Assembly (NCBI GenBank): GCA_963666625.1
Contig: OY762925.1
Span: 3,541,748-3,605,747, forward strand
DNA length: 64,000 bases
Source: Arenicellales bacterium
GTDB lineage: Bacteria; Pseudomonadota; Gammaproteobacteria; Arenicellales; JAJDZL01
Reading direction: 5' to 3'
In this document: positions 44,866-55,008 of the stretch, piece after piece
Layout of the letters: each line of letters starts with the position of its first letter
Numbering within the stretch: the stretch's first letter is position 1
Notes under the pieces: generated by a model
Database searches by the model: none
What the model was told of the DNA's origin: nothing
Seen by the model: the letters and a program-made list of their open reading frames with translations, nothing else
Program-made: the position numbers and the translations under genes

Positions 44866-45714
44866 CTATGTCAGCCAGCGTTTGCGTCGCCGATAGTGCT
44901 TGACATTACGGAAACTTCGTCGATTCTCGCCGCTTACCCCAAGGTAAAATTCTTTTACGTCCTCATTTTGCAACAAGTCAGAGGCTTCTCCGTCCATCAC
45001 GACGCGACCATTCTCCAGAATATATCCGTATTGAGAGTAGCGAAGCGCCATGTTGGTGTTCTGTTCAGCCAGCAGAATCGTCACTTGCTCATTTTCATTA
45101 AGCCGCTTGATAATTTCGAAAATTTCTTCGACTAGCGTCGGTGCCAGCCCCATCGATGGCTCATCCAGCAGAACCACTGAAGGTTTCGCCATCAGCGCAC
45201 GACCGACCGCGGTCATTTGCTGCTCACCACCGGATATATATCCAGCAACTCCGTTTCGTCTTTCCTTCAGTCTCGGAAAATAACTGTAAACCAATTCAAG
45301 ATCTGACTGAATGGCGGCACGCCCGTCTCTGCGGGTGTACGCGCCTGTCAGCAGATTCTCCTCAACAGTCAGATGTTCAAAACAATGCCGACCTTCCATG
45401 ACCTGGGTTACGCCGCGCACAACCAGGTCCGAGGGTGTAAGCGCGTCGACACGCTCACCACGGTAGATAATTGATCCCTTGGTGACCTCACCACGCTCGG
45501 CCCGCAATAAATTCGATATGGCCTTGAGCGTGGTTGTCTTTCCGGCACCATTGGCTCCGAGAAGGGCAATAATGCCCTTCTCGGGAACCTCTAGCGATAC
45601 GCCTTTCAGAACGAGAATAACCCGGTCGTAAATAACCTCAATGTTATTGACACTGATGATCGCCTCACCATTTAAGGCGGGTGTCTGGGTTGACTCATTC
45701 ATGTCAAGACTCAA
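44866..45714 (-). CDS. Branched-chain-amino-acid-type ABC transporter, ATP-binding protein (LivF-like)
   Basis: Walker A GANGAGKTT, signature SGGEQQM, Walker B VLLDEPS. Confidence 0.85.
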   Translation of the reverse strand: MSLDMNESTQTPALNGEAIISVNNIEVIYDRVILVLKGVSLEVPEKGIIALLGANGAGKTTTLKAISNLLRAERGEVTKGSIIYRGERVDALTPSDLVVRGVTQVMEGRHCFEHLTVEENLLTGAYTRRDGRAAIQSDLELVYSYFPRLKERRNGVAGYISGGEQQMTAVGRALMAKPSVVLLDEPSMGLAPTLVEEIFEIIKRLNENEQVTILLAEQNTNMALRYSQYGYILENGRVVMDGEASDLLQNEDVKEFYLGVSGENRRSFRNVKHYRRRKRWLT

Positions 45715-45732
45715 GTGACCGTGTGTGGCGGT

Positions 45733-47079
45733 TTAACCGCAGTCCGATCCCATGCTCATGCCGCTACGCGGGGTGATGCCTTTCTCCGACGCGTAGGCCA
45801 TTGAACTATCCATAATCATCGGGTCGACGAGGGATTTGTCGGTTTCGATCCAGTCGGTCACTTCAACCCACTTGGAACCATCCCAGCGGCTGAATTTCAC
45901 CGGACCGCCACCCTCATGATCGGCGCATGTGATTGTCAGTGGCGCCATCAGTCCATCCGCACCTAGCTCCTTGATCCGTTCCGCGCTGATGCTCAGGTTT
46001 TCAAGTCCCCATCGCATCTCTTCACCAGACAGTACTTTGCTACCGTATTTGCCCTGTGCAACTCGAATCGCCTCTACAGTCACAATTCCTGCCACTATGC
46101 CGCGGTTGTAGTAAATCGTCCCGACACGTTGTGGAGAAATGTTTCCTTGCGCCGCGCCGTGAACGACATCAAGAATGCTTTGGATAAGGGGGAAGTCCGC
46201 ACCGGATGGATGAAATCCAGCCGCAACGTATCCGACCGCTGCCTTACCAGCGGGAATCACATCTTCTTCCGCGCCACTCCACCAGACACCAACAATCTTG
46301 TCGGCCGGGAATCCAACTCTGGCTGCTTCTTTCAGCGCAGTCGGGTTCATGACGCCCCAACCTCTCAGGATCACCCAGTCGGGCTTGTAACGGCGGGCAA
46401 TGTCAAGCCACGCGGCTTTTTGATCAAGTCCCGGATGCGCCACTGGATAATGCTTCACTTCAAAGCCGTACTTTTCAGCTTGCACACCCAGAATCGGTAT
46501 GGTTTCCTTGCCGTAACTGCTTTCGTGGTGGAGATTGGCGATTTTCTTGCCCTTGAGAGCGTCCATTCCGCCTTCCTGCATCCCGATGTACTTGATCTTG
46601 GCAGTGTTCTGGCTCCAGTAATTGGTTATCAGCGGGAATACCCACGGAAAGACCTTACCATTTGTCGCGTCAGTTCTACCATAGCCCATTGAAATCAGAG
46701 GGATCTTGTCGGCAGTCGCCCGCTCAATCAAGCGATAGGTGATTCCAGTGCTGAGTGGATGTACGACAGTCGCACCATGCTCGCCCTTATTCTTCAGACG
46801 TTCGTAGCACTCAACACCCCGGTCTGAGTTGTATGCAGTCTCACATTCCTCCCAAACCAGTTTAACGCCATTGACTCCGCCTTCGGACAGATTCAAATAA
46901 GCCATGTAATCTTCAAACCCACCGAAGAAGCCAGAACCACCGGCAGCATAGGGCCCGGTTCGGTAGACAAGCGCTGGGACAAACTGTTCCATATCCTGAG
47001 CTTGCGAAACCGAAAATGGAAGCACGGCTACAATCGCCGCGACCCACGACAGCACTATGGTTTTTAGTTTCATTTTCAT
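45733..47079 (-). CDS. ABC transporter periplasmic substrate-binding protein (Leu/Ile/Val-binding family)
   Basis: Signal peptide MKMKLKTIVLSWVAAIVAVLPFSVSQA. Size and position within the Liv-type operon fit. Start moved to the internal ATG. Confidence 0.75.
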   Translation of the reverse strand: MKMKLKTIVLSWVAAIVAVLPFSVSQAQDMEQFVPALVYRTGPYAAGGSGFFGGFEDYMAYLNLSEGGVNGVKLVWEECETAYNSDRGVECYERLKNKGEHGATVVHPLSTGITYRLIERATADKIPLISMGYGRTDATNGKVFPWVFPLITNYWSQNTAKIKYIGMQEGGMDALKGKKIANLHHESSYGKETIPILGVQAEKYGFEVKHYPVAHPGLDQKAAWLDIARRYKPDWVILRGWGVMNPTALKEAARVGFPADKIVGVWWSGAEEDVIPAGKAAVGYVAAGFHPSGADFPLIQSILDVVHGAAQGNISPQRVGTIYYNRGIVAGIVTVEAIRVAQGKYGSKVLSGEEMRWGLENLSISAERIKELGADGLMAPLTITCADHEGGGPVKFSRWDGSKWVEVTDWIETDKSLVDPMIMDSSMAYASEKGITPRSGMSMGSDCG

Positions 47080-47191
47080 AGTAGTTACCTCCCACATGAG
47101 TGGAAATATTTAAGATTGAAAACAGATTTATATGTTAGCATTGGAATCTTGTGAATGTGATACGAATTGATTCTCGCACATTGACTATCAA

Positions 47192-48319
47192 TCAATAAGG
47201 GAACGGCCACTGACGAAGTTTTTCTTTGATGATCTGCCACATTCGCGCAAATCCAAGCGGTTCAACAGCCAGGAAGAATACAATCGTACCACCATAAACA
47301 ATCAGCTCGAGGTTAGCCAGTGCCGCACCGGACAGCGTTCCCTCGCCTAGGTTGGAGGCCACAATATTCAAAAACGGCGGCAACAGAACGATAAAGGCTG
47401 CTCCGAGAAAGGAACCCATGATTGAACCCAATCCGCCAATGATGATCATGAACAAAATCGTGAATGAACGAATCAGGTCAAACGCTTCGGTGTCTGCATT
47501 GCCCACATAAGTAAACACATACATGGCACCGGCCACACCGCAGTAAAACGAGCTGATTGCAAAAGCCAGAAGTTTTGTTCTCAGCGGACGGATTCCGATG
47601 ATTTCGGCAGCGATGTCAAAGTCGCGAATCGCCATCCACGCCCGACCTGTCATGCCGCGTACCAAGTTCTTGGCCAAAAGTGCCAGTACAACAACCACAG
47701 CCAATGTCAGCACGTATTTCGCCTCAGGTGTTGCATTCGGCCCGGAAACAACTACATCAATCGGCGCCAAAAATTCCAATGCTCGACCTTCACTGGCCAG
47801 CGCACCGAAAAATGTCTGCGTTGGTGCTGATGCAACACCCGCAGGATCGTAATTGGTAAACCAGCCAACATGGTCAAAAATCCAAATCAGAAAGAACTGT
47901 GAGGCAAGCGTTGCCACAGCCAGGTAAAATCCCTTGATTCGAAGTGACGGGATTCCAAACAGCACGCCTACCGCTGCTGCCATTAGGCCAGCCAATATAA
48001 AATCAATGACGATGGGAATTTCGGGAAGTCGCAAGACAAGGTTGTAGCAGCCAAATGCGCCGACTGCCATGAATCCACCTGTACCCAACGATACCTGGCC
48101 GGCATAGCCGGTCAGAAGATTCAGTCCCAGAGCGGCCAATCCAAATACCAGAAGCTGAGTCAATATCGGTCCCATCAGGTACTGACTGCCCGACAGAGGC
48201 GGCCAGATGAATGCAAACAGAAGTATGAGGATGACACCAATTCGATCATTGGTGATCGGGAATATCGCTTGGTCAGCGGAATAACTGGACTTGTACTGTC
48301 CTACTTCCCTATAAAACAT
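47192..48319 (-). CDS. Liv-type ABC transporter permease (LivM-like)
   Basis: 375 aa, polytopic hydrophobic protein within the Liv-type operon. Confidence 0.8.
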   Translation of the reverse strand: MFYREVGQYKSSYSADQAIFPITNDRIGVILILLFAFIWPPLSGSQYLMGPILTQLLVFGLAALGLNLLTGYAGQVSLGTGGFMAVGAFGCYNLVLRLPEIPIVIDFILAGLMAAAVGVLFGIPSLRIKGFYLAVATLASQFFLIWIFDHVGWFTNYDPAGVASAPTQTFFGALASEGRALEFLAPIDVVVSGPNATPEAKYVLTLAVVVVLALLAKNLVRGMTGRAWMAIRDFDIAAEIIGIRPLRTKLLAFAISSFYCGVAGAMYVFTYVGNADTEAFDLIRSFTILFMIIIGGLGSIMGSFLGAAFIVLLPPFLNIVASNLGEGTLSGAALANLELIVYGGTIVFFLAVEPLGFARMWQIIKEKLRQWPFPY

Positions 48320-48337
48320 CTGCTACGCCTCCGAATC

Positions 48338-49561
48338 CTAAACCCGTTCAATAATTTTTTCGCCGAACAGGCCCTGTGGACGGAACATCAGAAAGAACAT
48401 ACCCAGCATATAGGGAGTCCAGTTCTCCGTTCCACCTCCAAAAAAGGGCAGACCCACGAACACCTCAAACAGCTTTTCTGTAGCACCGACAATCAACCCT
48501 CCTACGATGGCACCGGGGATGGAGGTAAACCCACCGATGATGATGACCGGCAAAGCCTTGAACGCCAACAGCGAAATGCTGAATTGCACGCCGAGTTTCG
48601 ACCCCCACATGAGTCCGGCAACCAGTGCCACAATCCCGGCTGCCGCCCAGACCACCGCCCAAATGTTCTTCAGTGGAATACCAACGCTCAACGCCGCCTG
48701 GTGGTCGTCAGCCACCGCTCGCAACGCTCGACCAACTCTTGTCTTCTGGAAGAAAATAGCGAGCGCCGTAACCAAAACCGCTGCAATCAGTCCTGCGAAA
48801 AGGTCGAACTGACTAAAATAAACGCCATACAGTTCAAACGGCACATCAGGAATGCCGATATCGAGTGCGTGCACATCAGCATCCCAGACACCTTGCGCGA
48901 CTCCTTCAATGACATAGTTCAAGCCAATAGTGGCCATGAAAAGAATGATCGGTTCCTGATTGACCATGGGGCGAAGCACGACTCTCTCGATCGCCATCGC
49001 AAGACCAATCACCACAACGAGCGTGACTGCAAAAGCCCGATAAGTGACTGCTCCGTCGGTGATCAACGCAACAACGGCCAATCCCAGCAAGACACCAATT
49101 GCCCATTTAGGCGATTGGACCGCAGTGGTCAGCATCAGGAACAAAAGCATGGTGACGAATACGGCCCGCCACATGTTCTGTCCGCCATCTACGAAGAAAG
49201 CCAACACCAGCAGTACTACAGCTGCAATAAACAGCGGAACTCGTTTCAGGTATTTATCGGCAAACTCCTTGATGTTGCTTTCGCCCTTCTGCTGGGCTGC
49301 ATACAAGAAGTAAAGGACTGCTGATGCACCCGCAAGTCCAATCGCGAGCCAACCGGTCCACATCCAAAAGTCCCCAGCCACCTCCGTCAGAAGAACAAAG
49401 GTCAGTGCTCCGAACAGCACCAGAGCACCTTGGGCGAAATTGAATATCGAAGAGGCCTTGAAAATCAAAACCAAGCCGAGAGCGACCAGTGAATACATGA
49501 TTCCGGAGAGCAACCCGCCAACCAGAACTTCAACAAAAAATAAAAAATCGACTAATTCCAT
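48338..49561 (-). CDS. Liv-type ABC transporter permease (LivH-like, extended)
   Basis: 407 aa, polytopic hydrophobic protein. It is longer than typical LivH because of an internal hydrophobic insertion. Confidence 0.8.
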   Translation of the reverse strand: MELVDFLFFVEVLVGGLLSGIMYSLVALGLVLIFKASSIFNFAQGALVLFGALTFVLLTEVAGDFWMWTGWLAIGLAGASAVLYFLYAAQQKGESNIKEFADKYLKRVPLFIAAVVLLVLAFFVDGGQNMWRAVFVTMLLFLMLTTAVQSPKWAIGVLLGLAVVALITDGAVTYRAFAVTLVVVIGLAMAIERVVLRPMVNQEPIILFMATIGLNYVIEGVAQGVWDADVHALDIGIPDVPFELYGVYFSQFDLFAGLIAAVLVTALAIFFQKTRVGRALRAVADDHQAALSVGIPLKNIWAVVWAAAGIVALVAGLMWGSKLGVQFSISLLAFKALPVIIIGGFTSIPGAIVGGLIVGATEKLFEVFVGLPFFGGGTENWTPYMLGMFFLMFRPQGLFGEKIIERV

Positions 49562-49573
49562 ACTGACTCACAC

Positions 49574-50395
49574 TCAGTGTTCACCCAAATACGCGCGAAT
49601 GACATCCTTGTTGTTTCTAACGTCATCCGGCACCCCGTAGGCAATTCTCTCTCCATGGTCAAGGACCACAACATGATCGGAAATGTCCATCACCACACCC
49701 ATATCGTGCTCGATCAGCACGACAGTCGTGCCGAATTCATCATTGACATCGAGAACAAAACGGGCCATGTCTTCCTTTTCTTCAAGATTCATTCCCGCCA
49801 TCGGTTCATCCAGGAGAAGAATCTTGGGATCCATCGCGAGCGCACGTCCCAATTCGACTCTTTTTTGCAATCCGTATGGCAGTTTCCCGACCGGTGTCTT
49901 TCGGATGCTCTGAATCTCAAGAAAATCAATGATCTTTTCCACATACTCGCGCTGTTCGACTTCCTGCGCCAACGCTGGAAAGTAAAATGCCTCCTTGAGA
50001 AAATTGCTCTTCACCTTGACGATTCTTCCAGTCATGATATTGTCGAGGGTGGACATACCCTTGAACAACGCGATATTCTGGAACGTTCTTGCAAAACCCA
50101 TGCGAGCAACCTGCTCGGGACTTGCGTGTGTTCGGTCATTCCCCTGGAAGGAAATCGTACCCGCGTTAGCCTTGTAGAACCCGCTGATGACATTCAGCAT
50201 TGAAGTCTTGCCGGCACCGTTCGGACCGATTATCGAGAATATCTCACTTTCGAATATGGAAAACGACACATCCTGAAGCGCCTTGACACCACCGAAACTG
50301 ACAAAAATTCCCTCAACCTCAAGAATCAGCTTCGTAAATTCCCGAACGCGTTCGGTTTCGTACGTCTGAACGTCGGGTGTTGTCGTTGAATCCAT
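49574..50395 (-). CDS. Liv-type ABC transporter ATP-binding protein (LivG-like)
   Basis: Walker A GPNGAGKTS, signature LPYGLQKRVE, Walker B LLLDEPMAG. Confidence 0.85.
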   Translation of the reverse strand: MDSTTTPDVQTYETERVREFTKLILEVEGIFVSFGGVKALQDVSFSIFESEIFSIIGPNGAGKTSMLNVISGFYKANAGTISFQGNDRTHASPEQVARMGFARTFQNIALFKGMSTLDNIMTGRIVKVKSNFLKEAFYFPALAQEVEQREYVEKIIDFLEIQSIRKTPVGKLPYGLQKRVELGRALAMDPKILLLDEPMAGMNLEEKEDMARFVLDVNDEFGTTVVLIEHDMGVVMDISDHVVVLDHGERIAYGVPDDVRNNKDVIRAYLGEH

Positions 50396-50406
50396 AATTG
50401 AAACCG

Positions 50407-52356
50407 TCAGCTCGCCATTTTCATATGATCAAACGTTGAAACATCCTGAATTTCCAGGTCGGCGATCATCGTGCCCTTTCGACCATCCTCAAATGTGACA
50501 ACATTCTCGATGTGTCCGCGGCTCGAGTCTGAATACAGGGCTTCAATTAGACTGGTGAAACGCTCGTTAATGATTCTTCGACGGACTTTTCTGGTCCGAG
50601 TGAGTTCACCATCATCTGCGTCCAGCTCCTTGTGAAGGATCAGGAATCGTTTGATCTGTGACCCCGCAATTTCCGAATCAGCTGAAAGATCCTGATTGGT
50701 TTTCTCGATACACGTCCTGATCATTTCATAGACCTCAGGATTGGCAGCAAGTTCCTGATAGCTCGCGTACGCGACATTGTGTCTTTCAGCCCAGTTGCCG
50801 ACTGCTTCAAGATCAACATTGATGAACGCACTGACGTAATCCCTGCCGTCCCCGAACGTAACCGCTTCACGAATCTGAGGAAAGAACTTTAGCTTGTTCT
50901 CAAGAAATTTCGGCGCGAACAGGGTTCCGTCGTTCAATCGACCCACATCCTTGACTCGGTCAATGATCTTCAGATGACCGTCATCGTCAAAATAGCCGGC
51001 ATCACCGGTAAATACCCAACCGTCACCGGATCTGGTTGACAATGTGGCTTCCGGATTCTTGTAATAACTCTTGAACACACCCGGACTCTTGTACAGAATT
51101 TCCCCAGCATCGGAAATCTTGACATCGACTCCCGGGAACGGCGGGCCGCAAGTGTCCGGTTTGACCTTGTCGTCAGTCTGTACTGTGATATAGACAGAAG
51201 CTTCGGTCTGACCGTAAAGCTGCTTGATATTGATTCCCAAAGAGCGGAAAAACTCAAAGATTTCGGGGCCGATAGCCTCACCTGCGGTATAGGCAAGACG
51301 CATACGACTGAAGCCCATCGTATTCTTAAGAGGCCCATATACGACAACTTTGCCGATCAGATAGAGCAGCCGATCAAACGGATTTACGGAATGTCCTTCC
51401 AGAATGTTGACACCGCAACGTTTGGCCACACCCATGAAGTAATCGAACATCTTGCGTTTGATCCAGGTTGCGTCTTCCATGCGTACCAGCACGCTGGTCA
51501 GAATATTCTCAAAAATTCTCGGCGGACTGAAAAAATATGTCGGACCGATTTCCTGCATGTCATGCAAGACAGTCTCCCCGCTCTCAGGGCAACTCACGCA
51601 GAATCCAGCCACGTACGACTGGGCGTAGGAGAAGATATGATCTCCGACCCATGCCATCGGCAGATAAGCCAGACATTCTTCCTTTTCGGTCAATGAGTCG
51701 AATTCAATCGAATTGATCACCGTGGCCAGGATATTGTGGTAAGTCAGGATCACTCCTTTGGGAAAACCTGTCGTTCCCGATGTGTAGAGAATCACTGAAA
51801 TATCGGACTTGGAACCTTTGGTGATTTCGCTGTCAAGGTAACCAGGATTACCGGCATTGAACTTCACACCGTCTTCGATCAGAGAATCGTAGGTGTGCAG
51901 ATTTTTTGGTGTGTAGTGTGCAAGACCTCTCGGGTCATCGTAATAGATCTGTTCCAGTTTGGGGCACTTGGGAGCCAGCTCCAATACCTTGTCCACCTGT
52001 TCCTGGTCTTCAACCAGTGCGAATCGAACGTCAGCGTGATTGATGACGTATTCCATCTCCTGCACGACAGAGTCCTGATAGAGCGGAACCGGTATTCCCC
52101 CGAGACACTGAGCAGCGGCCATACCCCAATAGAGTCGAGGTCTGTTGTCGCCGACAATTGCGAGTTTGTCCCCGCGCCTGAATCCCGCCGCTGCAAGGCC
52201 ACAGGCCAAGTTTCGGACTTCGTCACATACCTGTGCCCAGTTCCAAGTCTGCCAGATTCCAAAATCTTTCTCCCGAATCGCCGGACTGTCTGGTGACAGA
52301 ACCTTCCGATTCATCAGCAGTTTCGGAAAAGTATCTAGTTTTGGGTCAATTTTCAT
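50407..52356 (-). CDS. Long-chain-fatty-acid-CoA ligase-like AMP-binding enzyme (649 aa)
   Basis: AMP-binding motifs ILYTSGTTGFPKG, YGQTE and TGDAGYFDDDGHLKIIDRVKD. It is the first gene of the Liv-type cluster. Confidence 0.8.
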   Translation of the reverse strand: MKIDPKLDTFPKLLMNRKVLSPDSPAIREKDFGIWQTWNWAQVCDEVRNLACGLAAAGFRRGDKLAIVGDNRPRLYWGMAAAQCLGGIPVPLYQDSVVQEMEYVINHADVRFALVEDQEQVDKVLELAPKCPKLEQIYYDDPRGLAHYTPKNLHTYDSLIEDGVKFNAGNPGYLDSEITKGSKSDISVILYTSGTTGFPKGVILTYHNILATVINSIEFDSLTEKEECLAYLPMAWVGDHIFSYAQSYVAGFCVSCPESGETVLHDMQEIGPTYFFSPPRIFENILTSVLVRMEDATWIKRKMFDYFMGVAKRCGVNILEGHSVNPFDRLLYLIGKVVVYGPLKNTMGFSRMRLAYTAGEAIGPEIFEFFRSLGINIKQLYGQTEASVYITVQTDDKVKPDTCGPPFPGVDVKISDAGEILYKSPGVFKSYYKNPEATLSTRSGDGWVFTGDAGYFDDDGHLKIIDRVKDVGRLNDGTLFAPKFLENKLKFFPQIREAVTFGDGRDYVSAFINVDLEAVGNWAERHNVAYASYQELAANPEVYEMIRTCIEKTNQDLSADSEIAGSQIKRFLILHKELDADDGELTRTRKVRRRIINERFTSLIEALYSDSSRGHIENVVTFEDGRKGTMIADLEIQDVSTFDHMKMAS

Positions 52357-52614
52357 TGCTTATTTTGAATTATCAACCTGCGTGGAGCTTATTCGGATTC
52401 GTTTTATGCTCAGCAGTTCAAAGCGAATAAATATACAGCAAATCGAAATCGTTTTTGAATTTTTGTGAAATATACAAAACATATATATGAATTGCTATAA
52501 GAATTACACCTTCGAACCACCCTTAAATTCTCGGAATTCAAATTGGAACGAGCGGAAATGTGAATTGGATAAGTCGGTGCAGTCGCTTTCAGATGTATGA
52601 GATCCTCTGACTCT

Positions 52615-53043
52615 TCACAACTCTCCCAGTTGTAGCCTGACCCGCTCCGCAACTGAACTAATCTCCTCCATATCGCCTGGCACGAGTTCCCAGTTGATCT
52701 TCAGGTCGTCCCCCATGGTTCGCGGAACGATGTGAACGTGGTAGTGCAGAACCGATTGCGCGGCACCCCTGCCATTGGCCTGGGTAATGCTGACTCCGTC
52801 CGGACTCAATGCGTTTTTGACTGCATATGCGACTTTTCTGACTGATGCCGCAACAAACCCCAATTGTTCATCCGGAACGTCAAAGAGATCGCGCCAATGT
52901 CCTTTCGGGATAACAAGCACATGCCCTGTTGACACCGGATTGATATCCATGAATGCCAGCACATGCTGGTTTTCATATACATTGATACTGGGAATCTCTC
53001 CCGCTACAATCTTGCAGAAAATACAATTTGCGTCTTCGACCAT
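52615..53043 (-). CDS. HIT-family (histidine triad) protein
   Basis: CIFCKI...and the histidine triad HYHVHIVPR. Confidence 0.85.
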   Translation of the reverse strand: MVEDANCIFCKIVAGEIPSINVYENQHVLAFMDINPVSTGHVLVIPKGHWRDLFDVPDEQLGFVAASVRKVAYAVKNALSPDGVSITQANGRGAAQSVLHYHVHIVPRTMGDDLKINWELVPGDMEEISSVAERVRLQLGEL

Positions 53044-53077
53044 ATCAACTTTCTCCTGTTATCTCGGCTTTAGCCAG

Positions 53078-54121
53078 TTACCGTTGCGGTTCGATGAACA
53101 TCGCATCACCATAACTGTAGAATCGAAAGCCATTGTCAATCGCATAGCGATAGGCGCTCTTCAATCTCTCGGTACCGCCGAACGCGCATACCAGCATCAT
53201 CAGAGTCGACCGCGGAAGGTGGAAATTGGTGATCAGCGCCTGTGTAACCCGAAAAATAAATCCCGGCTTGATGAAAATGTTGGTTTCCCCGTCAGACGGC
53301 CGGATATCGGAGTCAATCGCCGCAGCGGTTTCCAAAACGCGCATTGAAGTGGTTCCAACAGCGACTATGCGACCTCCCGTCGTTCGCGTCGCTCTGATCG
53401 CCTCGCTGGCTAATTCCGAAATTTCGTAGCGCTCACTGTGTAGTGTGTGCTTTGTCAAGTGGGCATCGCGAACCGGTGCGAAAGTACCGGCACCGACGTG
53501 CAGTGTCACGAACGCGGTATTGATCCCAACATGATGCAGTCTATCGATAAGTGCCTCGTCAAAATGCAATCCAGCGGTAGGGGCCGCAACCGATCCCGCA
53601 TGTCTGGCATAGACAGTCTGATATCTCGAGGTATCCTCAGAATCGGCAGGTCGTTCAATGTATGGAGGCAACGGCACGCTTCCCGAGTGCTCGATGACAT
53701 CCCTGATTTCAAACTCGTCGCTGACGGTGAGAACGAACAGGTCCCGAACCCGACCTCGAACAGTAAATCGAAAACGATCATCGACGATGACCGAACTACC
53801 TATCCTACAAGGTCGTCTCGATCCCATTTGTGCCCAGATGCAATGATCGCCAACGATTCTTTCGATCAGAATCTCGACCCGTCCGCCTGTAGTCTTGTAA
53901 CCCTCAAGCCTCGCCGGAATGACTTTGCTGTCGTTGCACACAAGAAGATCTCCCGGATACAGAACCTGCTCCAGTTGGGAAAACGCGATTTCCCGCTGAC
54001 TGTCATCCAGAACCAGCAGGCGACTTTCGGTACGATTGGCTGTCGGATTGTGGGCGATCCGGTCAGCCGGCAGATCGAAATCAAACTGGTCGGCAAGCAG
54101 ACTCTCCTGAAACTCCCCCAT
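53078..54121 (-). CDS. queA: S-adenosylmethionine:tRNA ribosyltransferase-isomerase
   Basis: 347 aa. FDFDLPADRIA, SRLLVL, PLPPYI, YQTVYA, VAAPTAGLHF, VTLHVGAGTF and the C-terminal FYSYGDAM block. Confidence 0.9.
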   Translation of the reverse strand: MGEFQESLLADQFDFDLPADRIAHNPTANRTESRLLVLDDSQREIAFSQLEQVLYPGDLLVCNDSKVIPARLEGYKTTGGRVEILIERIVGDHCIWAQMGSRRPCRIGSSVIVDDRFRFTVRGRVRDLFVLTVSDEFEIRDVIEHSGSVPLPPYIERPADSEDTSRYQTVYARHAGSVAAPTAGLHFDEALIDRLHHVGINTAFVTLHVGAGTFAPVRDAHLTKHTLHSERYEISELASEAIRATRTTGGRIVAVGTTSMRVLETAAAIDSDIRPSDGETNIFIKPGFIFRVTQALITNFHLPRSTLMMLVCAFGGTERLKSAYRYAIDNGFRFYSYGDAMFIEPQR

Positions 54122-54125
54122 CTAC

Positions 54126-54977
54126 TCAACCGCTTTGGATGGGACTGTCAGGATGCAAGGCCCATTCGGTCCATGAGCCGTCGTAGAGTCGCAGGTCTTC
54201 TTGACGCGACTGATGGATCGCCAACAGCAGGATTGCCGCAGTTACACCTGAGCCACAGGTTGTGACGATTGATTGTTCCGAGGTGACAGAAAGTGATCGC
54301 AGAATTTCAGCGATTTCGTCCGATGACTTCATGAAGCCATCTGAATCCACTACGTCACCATAGTACATGTTCAGACTTCCGGGAATATGTCCTCCTCGAA
54401 GCCCAGGACGCGGTTCGGGTTCGTTTCCACTAAAACGCCCATACGAGCGTGCATCCAGAATTGCCATGGATCGATCGTGCAGATTGGCAGCAAGCTCCTC
54501 TCTCAGAATGACAGAATCACCGGCGGGTGAACCTGAATATTCTGTGCGGTTTTCCTCAGTTGGTTGGTCGTCTGTCAGGCCACCTGCCCTCTTCCAAGCC
54601 AGGAGTCCACCATCCAGAACTCGCACACTCTGATGGCCGAATGAACGAAACATCCACCATGCCCGTGCGGAAGCGACGAACTTTGATCGATCATAGACAA
54701 TCACACAATCAGTCCCGCTGATACCAAGATTTCCTACGCACTCGGAAAAAGTTTCCAACGTGGGGAATGTGTGTGGCAGACCATCTCCAGATTCAGCGAT
54801 TGCATCGATGTCAAAATAAACCGAGCCCGGAATATGGTCCTCTTGATAGGCTTCATAGGCATTGCTCGGAACATTGGGCAGATACCAGGTGGCATCAGCG
54901 AATCGAACACCCGGTTCGCCAAATAGAGACAACGCTTCGTCCGCGCTGATTAAAGGGGTATCAGCCATATTGTTCAC
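54126..54977 (-). CDS. sseA: 3-mercaptopyruvate sulfurtransferase (tandem rhodanese)
   Basis: 283 aa. HIPGS in both rhodanese halves and the active-site loop TCGSGVTA. Confidence 0.8.
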   Translation of the reverse strand: MNNMADTPLISADEALSLFGEPGVRFADATWYLPNVPSNAYEAYQEDHIPGSVYFDIDAIAESGDGLPHTFPTLETFSECVGNLGISGTDCVIVYDRSKFVASARAWWMFRSFGHQSVRVLDGGLLAWKRAGGLTDDQPTEENRTEYSGSPAGDSVILREELAANLHDRSMAILDARSYGRFSGNEPEPRPGLRGGHIPGSLNMYYGDVVDSDGFMKSSDEIAEILRSLSVTSEQSIVTTCGSGVTAAILLLAIHQSRQEDLRLYDGSWTEWALHPDSPIQSG

Positions 54978-55008
54978 TCCTCAAATTGGTTTCAGTCAGA
55001 TTAATTTA

